Source: Phoronis australis (lineage: Eukaryota; Animalia; Phoronida). From it: a DNA stretch of 64,000 nucleotides. Location: positions 372,001 through 436,000 of the forward strand of contig NMRA01000119.1 in NCBI GenBank assembly GCA_002633005.1, written 5' to 3'. A program made the translations under genes and the position numbers. A model generated the notes under the pieces. It did not search any database, was not told the DNA's origin, and saw nothing but the letters and a program-made list of their open reading frames with translations. Positions 13,301-22,647 of this stretch are shown here, piece after piece (the first letter of the stretch is position 1; the number at the start of each line of letters is the position of its first letter).

Positions 13301-13717
13301 TAACACCAGTGACATAATTTTTACTACAAAAGAAATCTTTCGCCATCTCATTTCTCATCTGAAGAATAGGTTTTAGAAATGATATTTCTTCTCTCCGCTT
13401 ACTTTGTTCGCAACAGATTGTCTCTTAATTACAGGCATGAAATTTACAAAGAACAATACAGAGCCATGTTTGTCATGAACTGTAAGGTAAATTTCTCAGA
13501 ACGTCTCAAATATCCCAAACAAGAGAATAAAAAAAGCGGGAAACGGAAAAGAAAGCACCAATCAGACGAGACGCAAATGGAAGCAGACAGTACATCAGCC
13601 GTAGACTGTGAGAAAGCCTATCACCCTGTGTGCTGTAGCGAATGTAACACAGAGGTGGGCGTGTATGACGAAGACGAGGTCTATCATTTCTTCAATGTTT
13701 TGGTCAGCTATGGATGA
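7386..13717 (+). CDS. EAPP: E2F-associated phosphoprotein, 5 exons, 281 aa
   Basis: Exons 7386-7450, 10594-10778, 11552-11647, 12634-12850, 13435-13717 (846 nt, phases consistent, GT-AG). Motifs SSEDE..LTGTPE, SSSEDEFEKEM..EL, YFDSDEE, NDDLLYDP..D.EDQKWV, SDGVLDCPACMTTLCLVCQRHE..YRAMFVMNC, YHPVCCSECNTEVGVYDEDEVYHFFNVL match EAPP. Confidence 0.93.
7546..8450. mobile_element. Foldback MITE, 905 bp, 261-bp TIRs, 9-bp TSD (Mutator/MULE-like)
   Basis: TIRs TAGGCAATGACCATCGCCTCTG... at 7546-7806 and 8190-8450; TSD TCCCACAGC at 7537-7545 and 8451-8459; in EAPP intron 1. Confidence 0.9.
8481..8602. mobile_element. Short palindromic MITE with 8-bp TSD
   Basis: GGCATTGGTCGGATATAGCGGTCCCTGATTTAGAGAACCAG / CTGGTTCTCTAAATCAGGGACCTCTATGTCCAATCAGTGCC; TSD AAACAATG at 8473-8480 and 8603-8610. 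Relatives near 4065-4209, 6897-7006 and 26724-26833. Confidence 0.75.
9540..9673 (-). mobile_element. Degenerate LTR of the same TRIM family
   Basis: GCGAGTGGCTAACAGAGGCTCATATGATTCACTGGAAACATGTCTACGGCA matches the LTR end; GGAATCAAACC is a reverse-complemented B-box-like motif. Confidence 0.5.
11098..11477. other. Assembly gap
   Basis: Run of N. Confidence 1.
13002..13225. repeat. Old interspersed repeat family
   Basis: TCACCAATTTTGGACAAAAATAAT...TCCGCCATA shared with ~1720-1935 and in reverse with ~55025-55250. Confidence 0.5.
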
Positions 13718-15510
13718 TACATGCTGTCTTGATCTAAATAGAAATTGTTCGGAAATAACCAAACAAGAATGTCAAAGTTCTGCATAGTTGCATATGCTTG
13801 GTAAAAATTACAAAGGAATTTTGTTGAAAATTGTTGAGAAAGTTCCTCATCAAAAGCAGAGGATAGACAACAACTATGCATAAACTATTGATCAGCCGAG
13901 ACAGCAGCGGTCGATGGACATTGGTACACTAACAGCAAGGGCTGTTCTGATATTGAAGTGAAATATCACAAATGTAGTGCTTAATTGGAGCAGAGGACTG
14001 TGCATTGTGCTGGTTTCAGTAAGTTGTAACAGTTGCCAATGCCAACGTCTCTTGGAAATTACCAAAGTCAAGTTTATCCACCAATAACAATTTTGGTCAT
14101 GTTCAAGAGCAATGTTTTTACATTTTAACTCTTTGTACGATTGTACAATCCCGAGGAATGTAAAAACGACAGAATCTGGATTGGTTGTTAGACTGTTTGT
14201 ATTAATGTTTTTAACAAGTTACTTCTATATTCATGTCATTTATGACAGAAATCTCTGCCTTGCCAAGTGAGTTAATACACGCCTGTATGATAAACTTGAT
14301 GAGATACCTGTGAATGTCAGTCTTGGCAGGTTTTATTTTGTAATAAAAAATGCTGAATCACTTAAATTGGCTTTAATTTTCATATTTATATCATCAAAGA
14401 CTTGTTGCACAACCTTGTAAGCTTGAGCAGGACAGGATAAAAGGAATCGGACTAAATACCATTTCCCTGTCACGACTACTAATTCTGTTAACAGCAAAGA
14501 TGACAGATATGAAATACATGGGCTCCAAAATTCTAATCACAGAATGGTTTAGCCACCGTACCAACTTTCCCGTTCGTTCTCCAACATTCTCGGCCGTGAG
14601 GGAGGACTACTCTGTCGATGAATTTGGCTTCCGCCCAGCTGTCGTGACGTGGAAGTCAATTTGTCTGTCAGAAATACTTTTGGCTTGTACTATAGTAGTT
14701 TGTCTTGTTCTTATCATGGGTCGGAAAGAAAAGCTCATTCAGTATAATGCTCACTTCCTGAGGCATAAACTAAGGTTGACAAAGTCATTTGTGACCAAGT
14801 GTGGATGAAATGTACCTGTCAGTCTGTGCGAACACTTAGTAATAAACAGACATTGCATTTAGATGACTTGAACAAAAATAGGCTAGATTTCATGCTATTG
14901 CTATTTTGAAGAATCCCCACAGTAGTTCAGGTCACAATGCTGTTCAGAAACTTTAAGCCTCCATACCTCACTGGAAACTTAAGTGAAAGTGGTTCATGCT
15001 GCCAAGTTACAAGAATTTCCAGTGATGAAGGAATAATGCTCTTCTAAGTTAAATTCCAGAAGAATTCACAATAAAAATTAACTTTGTGCGGCAACCTAAG
15101 TTTGGCCCCAAGCCACCTAGTATGAGGTGGAAGTATCTCCATATACAACCAGGTGGCATTAGTAATCATTGTTCACCAAATAATATCTCAATGCTGTGGT
15201 TCTTCAAAGAATCACTTGTTTTAACGAAGGTCATACGCCTAGTTGGCAGCTACAACCATTGTACTGTAAGCTTTTTACCAACACACAGTACATTCGATTG
15301 GTTTATGAAGCTTGTTGCCATGTCAACGACGAGTGTTACGCTGAGTGTAATATTTCGATCATCGTGAAATAACAATGCCATGTTTACATTCATGAGCGGA
15401 TAACCATCATAGCTGGGTCCAGGCAAAAGACATATTGTAAAACTGCTGCTTCATGCGTATGGACCTATATGCCGATTTCCTGCAGACGAAAACTCCAAAC
15501 CAACTCCGCT

Positions 15511-18500
15511 TCACATGTTCCAAATTTCTGTGCAGTTATCCAAAGCCTCTTGACTACTCTCTTTGTGCATCATGAAGTACCCTTGGACAAGCGCTGCACT
15601 GACTGGTTCACCATGTGCCACCACTTTTTTCGCAAACGCCTTGGCCCTGCCAACGTTGTCGGGGTAGAACCTGAGGTACATTTGTTCCAGCTGATAGGGG
15701 GAGCAGTAGTCTATAAGTTCCTTGTAATCCACACGCCCTGGTCGAATGAGTGCTTTGTCTAGCCTGAAGAGAAAATCTGGTTTACTATCGTGCTTTAAAG
15801 CCATATCCAGCAACAAGGACAAGGTGTAAAACTNGCGTGACAATAAGGGACCCTGCGCGTGCGTATTACTGGAATTATGGGAAGTTACTGACAGAAACCC
15901 GTTTACCAATATGAAAAGGAATTCTTTAAAATTGTAGGAGAAATTACACATTAAGTTTTTGATGACCTTTCCATTAATTGACCTCTTCCGGTGCATTATG
16001 AGCCCCGATGAGGGAGTAATTGTTAACTCGATTAAAAGTGTGGTTAATGCTAATAATCACAGATGTTTTACTTTAATCACTTCAGAATACAAGATGAATG
16101 AAGTGGTCAAACTTTCAGAAGAAAAATGCACCTAATGACCCCAAGGGTGCACCAAATGACCTGAAAATTTTGAATTCATACTCAATCGCACTTATTAAAC
16201 AGATACGTAATTCTGAAGTCTCTAGCTCAAAATTTTAGTTTGCACCCAATGACCTTTGACCTATTTTTTCTGGTTGGTTAGGCCTATTGCGAAGTAAAGT
16301 AGGGTATTTAATTGGCATGTTGTCTTACACCAGTGTGCTGAAATTGAAATGAATTCCTTGAAAAACGTAAGAGATATAACATTATGAACGTTACATGACC
16401 TTTGCACTAATTGACCTTATCCGGTGCATTTTAAGCATCTTTAGGAGAATTATTGCAAAGCCCATGGAAAATGTGTTTAACGCTAAGAATCACAGTTGTC
16501 TAACGGTTTACATATCAGAATACTTGCTGATTGAAAAGGTCAAATTTTAAGAAGAAAAATGCACCTAATGACCCCATGTTTGCACTAAATGACCTGAAAC
16601 TTTGGATTCCGATTTGGTTTACCTGTGGCAATCAGGCCTGTCAATTTAAAATGTCTAGCTCAAAATTTTAGTTTGCACAAAATGACCTTTGACCTATTTC
16701 ACCTGATTGGATGACCCGATTACTTAGAAAAGTAATTATCCAAAATTAAAATTTTGTGCTCTTCAAATTGTCACCTGTGTGAGTTACACAAGATTCGAAA
16801 TCAGAGAGGAATATTCCTCTCCAAAATCGAGGGACTGAGGGCCATGCATACATTCAATGTAACAAATCGGATATTATGGTTCTTGATGGGTGGTCTTACG
16901 CTACAGCTGTGATGTAACGCGCCTAAAACTTTAGTCTCACTTGTACATTCAGCAGATTTTGTAAGGAGTTTTCAAATTTTGCCCCAGCTTTTGAGGGTTG
17001 CCGAGGATTATTTGGCATTATTTTGTTTCAGAAACCTAGATGGGAAAGCCGTTCTTAATATCCGTTAATAGGCCAAAACCAGGTTTGGTATCCTTTTAAG
17101 ATACAAATCTGTAGTTGAACCATAATGTTATTTTTAAATACAACTGAGAAAGAATTTACTTCCAGAAGACCTTCACCTACCTATCAATGTAATTGGTTGT
17201 CATAAAGACAATGAAAGAATTTACTCCCAGAAGACCTTCACCTACCTATCAATGTAATTGGTTGTCATAAAGACCTTCACCTACCTATCAATGTAATTGG
17301 TTGTCATAAAGACAATGAAAGAATTTACTTCCAGAAGACCTTCACCTACCTATCAATGTAATTGGTTGTCATAAACACAATTCTGGCTTCGGTAGAAGCC
17401 ACGCCATCTAAAGCATTCAGAAGTCCACTAAATGTTAGGCGACCCATACCTTGGTACATAGTTGGGTCTGAAAATAAAGCAAATGTTACAATTCTTCCTG
17501 TTATGAATGATTCGTGTACTGTTAACTAGAAATAGTATGGTTGCACGTAACCTCAAAAGTATTTTACGCCAACCAGGATGCGAAATTTAGGACTATGTTA
17601 CAATACGTTCACAGAAATAATGGTCTCAAACTCATTTCGCTGCACTTTTATGAAGACAGGAGAATGGGAGCAACAAAATGGAGACTGGTCATGTGGAACC
17701 ATATACTAGTGACCTCTAGAGAATGAAGAGGCAATTTCACTTTTGTTTAAAATGAATCAAATCTAATCACATACACTGTAAAAGAGCCTTTTCATGTAAT
17801 AATAAGTTCCTCGATGCCACTTCTTCCAAAGAAGTACCTCCTGGTACAGCCAGGTGGAGTCACCTGTCTTAAGTGATTGGCTCCAATGCTTCTTATAAGT
17901 CTCCCACCACACAAAACAAAACACACAACTTGAAAACTAACACTTCAATAAAAATTTAGTTGTAGAAAAACACACACACACCTCAATTAGCTAAGTTCAG
18001 GGAGCGCGACCTACAACACACAGCCATGTATTAGGTTTAAATCTGCATTTTGCACAGTTTAGCCGGCTAAAAGGTGAAAATCAAATTGGGCCTTTCACTT
18101 TCATAAAACTGGTATCGTAATATTAGTTACAGTGATAGGATTCCACTTCCATTACTAGGAGTTGGTAACGAAAATGGAATCCTATCACAGTAAGGAATAT
18201 CATGTGACAGATTTTTTGAGAGTAAAAGACCTAGACTTTCATTTTTAGCCAGCTAAACAGGACGAAATTTAGCTTCAACTAAGAAACCGAACATAATCCA
18301 CTGAGAGGAAACCATTTAACCCTACACTAAGCACAAACACAGAATTCATTGGTTATCATCCGGAGGCTGTTTACTCACTTTCTTGTTCAAGATCACGACT
18401 GACAAATGCTGCATCAACATCCTCCAGAAGTATTATCGTCTGCTCTGGAGCCACGCTCAGCAGGTGATTCAGTCGGTCGTCTGACAGTCCTCGTTCACTC

Positions 18501-20114
18501 AGATTGAGAATGCATATACTGTAATCCAGCTCACCTGTGAATCAATGACTGGATAATGAAAAGCAATAAAACCAATAACAAAAGAGAAAAAAATTACAAT
18601 TTTTAATGCCAAATTCCACATTGGGTTTTAAAAATAGTCACTTTGTGCTTGTGTACATATGGTGGTCACAACTTGATTATTTATACCACTCCAGTTCACC
18701 TTAACAACCACGGTGTTTTAATTAGGAAACCTAAAATCAACATGCCTATTTTATAGCTGAACCCAACATATGGTTTGTAAAGAAAATTTCTTTAAAATTT
18801 GAGGGTGGGTGCTTAGCTGAACAGGGGTATTTTCGTAAAATCTCTGACAGCATTTAATTCATACAAAAAATATTTTCTAAATTAACCTTTTTAAATTTCC
18901 AAGGGCATCTAACAATGTAGTGAGTACAGAAAATATTTCTAAGTGTTGACAGATGGTAACTGTGTTACAGAACTTTTTTTTAAAAATAATTGCAGGCAGT
19001 CTGATACACGTTGTACCAGACGTGCAAAGGCCTCACATGTGGGCCCATTGCACTGATCACCTGGAAATATTTTTATGCTTTATTGATATATGGTTAAAAC
19101 CGAGCTGAGGAGCTAGAAACTTGGCTCAAGGGTTTAGCAGTGTGACCTGGTGGGACTTGAACCCACGACCTCGAGTAAAGAAAGCAGGCACTTATCAACC
19201 AGGCCACACTGCCTCCTCTGTGTTACAGAACTTGAAACTGGTGCAAACATCAATTTGGAATGTTTAACATTGACAGAAAAATTTTCATGTGTTGATCATA
19301 TTATGTACCAAAATGGTGAGATGTTACTGTACCCTAAATAAGTACAGCATTAATAAATTCACACTTGTGTACGTTCATTACCGGCTAGAGCAGTGATAAA
19401 GCTGCTTTTTCCACAACCAGGAGGTCCGTGTAATAAATAACCACGCCTGTATGGTATTCCCCTGTCCGTATACCACGAAGGATTTGCTATGAACTCCCTA
19501 ACATCCCTGAGAATTTTCTGCTCAATCCCGTCATCTAGTATGACAGACGAAATAGGGCGTTTCTTTCGTGGATATCCGAACTGTCTCCACTCAGCACCCA
19601 TTGCTGTGTACATAACCGTTTTTCCCTCCTGCTTCTGCAAAGCGATTTTTCTTGCCTCATTTAAAATCTCAAAGTAGAGTTCTCGGTTCCGTCCAAAAGC
19701 CGTTAACTGCACGGTTTCCCAGGGAGCACCAGTTGTCATGTCTATCATTTTATTTTCTCGAGTTCGCTCGACTCTAATGAATGTATTCCTATACTTGAAG
19801 AAGTGGCTGCCAGGACTGGGAACAAAGTCAAACTGTGTGCTGATTTTTCCCGTCTCATTCTGGTTAAATGTGGTTTCCACGCTCAAATGTTGAGTCCGCG
19901 TGCCATGTTCACTGATCCATTGTAGCAACCATTGGTAGCTTTTGTCCTTACTTGGGACTTCCAGCGTCATCATGTAATGTCGTCGAAACAAGATGGAACT
20001 AATCTGTAGGCCTTTACGTGACAAGGCAGCAATGGCACCGACCCCAAACAGACCGAATCCTGCCCCAAAATATGGGTTATCTTTGAGTGAAGCTATTAAG
20101 TCAGTCAATGTCAT
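15511..20114 (-). CDS. BCS1L: Mitochondrial chaperone BCS1 (AAA ATPase), 4 coding exons, 419 aa
   Basis: Exons 20114-19382, 18534-18379, 17467-17350, 15763-15511 (1260 nt). N-terminal [14 protein letters not shown], Walker A GPPGCGKS, Walker [36 protein letters not shown]. Confidence 0.96.
15962..16720. repeat. Diverged tandem repeat, 433-bp period, TGACC-rich
   Basis: GAAAAATGCACCTAATGACCCCA at 16121 and 16554; TCTAGCTCAAAATTTTAGTTTGCAC..AATGACCTTTGACCTATTT in both units. Confidence 0.75.
17150..17375 (-). repeat. Tandem repeat of the BCS1L exon 3' end plus splice donor (4 copies)
   Basis: AAGACCTTCACCTACCTATCAATGTAATTGGTTGTCATAAA occurs four times. Confidence 0.9.
18031..18282. mobile_element. 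Old palindromic MITE
   Basis: Imperfect inverted arms (GTTTAGCCGGCTAAAA..GTGATAGGATTCCA / TGGAATCCTATCAC..TTTTAGCCAGCTAAAC); related half copy near 47980-48095. Confidence 0.6.
19141..19210 (-). mobile_element. tRNA-derived SINE head or tRNA pseudogene fragment
   Basis: Minus strand GTGGCCTGGTTGATAAG...GAGGTCGTGGGTTCAAGTCCCACC: A-box-like and B-box motifs, no intact cloverleaf. Confidence 0.55.
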
Positions 20115-20695
20115 TTTGATAGTAGACCGGTGTATGCAATTTTCTGAAAATAAAGAATAATATCATTCACAGGTTCAAGCTTTTCGTAACATCAAAATTT
20201 TGAAAAATGCTCAGCACATCAGAAATTGTTTGTACCTTAGCTAACAGTACTAGCTCATCATAGTTATAATTAACTGAGAACTTATGTTTTTGTAGTGCTG
20301 AACAATAACTGGGCCCAAGGTATACACTCATTAAACAACTGAAGCTAAGAGCTTGGGTGTGACAAAATTTAAGTGTCCAACCTTAATGGGGAATTTGTTG
20401 GCCTGTGTACTAGTAAGTCATGCAAGGCTATAACTGTCTGAGTTACACATTTGCAACAGCAGTGGGTGTGCTCCAGTCAATCTATGGTATTAACGTCTAG
20501 TGGTGGTTTATGTCACATCCAGGTAGTTTTAGAATCCCTGTGGAGCACCAGTTCAGAGTTAGGGAGTTTCCACCGAGAAGTCTGAGTGTTCAGATGTGTT
20601 ATTGCTACTAGTAGGAATAGTCACTGTGTACATAAGAGTATTTCTGTATATTCTAGCTTGCATGCAGACTAGGTTGTAGATTTCTGAGTTGACTG

Positions 20696-22103
20696 TGTGG
20701 TAATAGCCGAGATTACCCGACCCAGGAATTGAAGCAGCAACCCCCATAAAACTGGCGAGCATGCTAACCATTTAGCAAATAGGCAATTGCCCGTAAGCGA
20801 GTGGTTAGCAGAGGCTCACTGGAAGCATGTCTACAACATTCCCCCCTTTCCTCCGCAACAGACATGCCACCTGCAGGAAGGAGAACTGCAGGTTATCTCG
20901 TATACAGGCCATCAACTTCCCTTGGTACCTTTACAACCACAACACAGGTGAACACAATGTTGTTGCTCATACAGGTCCTCCTGGAACTTACCATCACCAT
21001 AACCTACAGCTACACGTGCCACACAAGGTCCGCTGGTACTAGTTGGCAGTGCTTCATCAGTAAATCATTCATTTGCCGGATGCGCCATTTGTTGTAATAG
21101 CTGAGATTACCCAACCGTGGAATCAAATCAGCAACCCCCATAATAGACAATGACCATCGCCTCTGTTGGCCCGAAGCAGAGGCGATGCAGAGGCTATAGG
21201 CGCTCTGTATGCCGGAAGCTTTTCGACGAATTATGCCTCGCACCATCAAAGTCACGTTGTTATAAATACCTTTTGCGCATAGAGGAACACCTTAGGAGGT
21301 TGTCGATGCGTTTAATTTCTTCCAACTCGAACAAATACTCCCGTTATGAAACTTTTTCTTCGAGCAGTCCCTATTTCAGTTCCCAAAATCGTGAAATCAA
21401 CTTTTTCATTTTTTTAACCAGGCCGAAGGTCAGAAGTTGCGGACCTACCAGCGAACTTTGAAAGCTGAAGTTCCCGCCCTTCGCGTACGTGCTGCCGGGA
21501 ACCAGCCGTGCATTTGCCGTGTTGTTAAACATTAAAATGTCAAATATGTGCACAAAAACTATTAAATGTCATATCAACAGCATTTATTTTTATCAAATAC
21601 AAACAATGATTCATTGAAATACAATCAGTTTCAAGTAACGCCAATTAAAGACAAGTATAAGTGGTGGCATCCATTTGACTGACAAGACCGCAATGGCTCA
21701 CATTTGGCCTATTTAAAGATTGAGGTTATGAATTCACATCACCTAGCGAGCGCGGTAAAAATTGGAGTGTGCGCAGTATAAAAATGGTGAGTTCATCGAC
21801 AACCTCCTAGGCTAAGGTGTTCCTCTATGCGCTAAAGGTATTTATAACAATGTGACTTTGATGGTTTAGTCGGTGCGAGGCATAATTCGCCGAAAAGCTT
21901 CCGGCGTACAGAGCGCCTATAGCCTCTGCATCGCCTCTGCTTCGGGCCAACAGAGGCGATGGTCATTACCTACCCCCATAATGATTGGCATAAAACTGCC
22001 AGTGGCGAGCGTGCTAACCACATTAAGCTAATAGGCAATTGTCCGTTAGCCAGTGCGGAGTGACCAACAGAGACTATAATTCACCAGAAGCACATCTACA
22101 GCA
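20696..22103 (-). mobile_element. Non-autonomous miniature LTR retrotransposon (TRIM) with tRNA-like sequence in its LTRs (Helenus-type), interrupted by a MITE
   Basis: 5' LTR 22103-21090 (about 176 bp without the MITE), 3' LTR 20838-20696 (143 bp), both TG...CA; PBS TGGCGCATCCGGC (21087-21075) 2 nt after the 5' LTR; PPT GGAGGAAAGGGGGGAA (20854-20839) abutting the 3' LTR; 4-bp TSD ACTG (20692-20695, 22104-22107); A/B-box-like motifs in the LTRs. Confidence 0.8.
21144..21972. mobile_element. Second copy of the foldback MITE (opposite orientation, partial deletion in one arm)
   Basis: Same TIRs; TSD CCCCCATAA at 21135-21143 and 21973-21981; inserted into the TRIM 5' LTR. Confidence 0.9.
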
Positions 22104-22340
22104 ACTGAGAGGAGCTGTTCTAAGGTAAGCCAGTCTAGTAGATTTAGTAATACCTCAAGTTTCTTCGTGGTTATATCTTTTGGCCTGGGACTCGTCAAAA
22201 AAGTTGCATTCTTCATAGTATATTATGTTGTAATAACGGGGTTAGGGCGGCACACTACACAACCATGAAACAATCTGGTCATTAAGAGTTGATGAAAAGT
22301 TTCTAAAATAAGTTGAGTATTTCAGAAAAACAACACATAC

Positions 22341-22400
22341 CGGGAAAAGAAATTAAAAATCAAGCTTCACACATTTTCCCAGAGGAGGCAGCCATATTAA
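22341..22400 (-). promoter_or_regulatory. Putative non-coding first exon/TSS region of BCS1L, head-to-head with ACP7-like a
   Basis: YY1-like AATATGGCTGCC on minus strand, followed by a G|GTATGT donor (22340-22335); matching acceptor TTATTTTCAG| at 20144, 29 nt before the BCS1L ATG. Confidence 0.5.
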
Positions 22401-22647
22401 GCACACGTCGTGTTAAAATACATGTTTATTATTGAACCAAAAACATGTGATAAATGCATTTTTTTCTGTAGTAATTTACCCTAATATTATTTAACTAATT
22501 TTAATTGGTAAAAAGAGAGTTTATTTGTTTTTAGAGAAATTGTAAAATGGAATATACTTTGTGTTTTTGGTGCAATATACATTACAGCGCTTCTCATGTG
22601 TCACATGACAATTGACCTCAATTGACATATTTTCAGCAACTACGGAG

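Noticed and set aside
17150-17375. CRISPR-like repeat appearance
   Set aside because: Eukaryotic context, spacers are not unique, no cas genes; it is an exon-end duplication.
19141-19210. Functional tRNA gene
   Set aside because: Anticodon and acceptor arms do not pair properly and no poly-T terminator follows; treated as SINE-like.
20801-21097. ORFs first suspected to be a LINE 3' remnant
   Set aside because: The region is better explained as the TRIM interior bounded by PBS and PPT.
5641-21461. Four similar ~102-106 aa ORFs starting MTIASVGPKQRR (5641, 7552, 8444 minus, 21150)
   Set aside because: They are translations of the MITE TIR, diverge where the TIR ends and show no recognisable domain.
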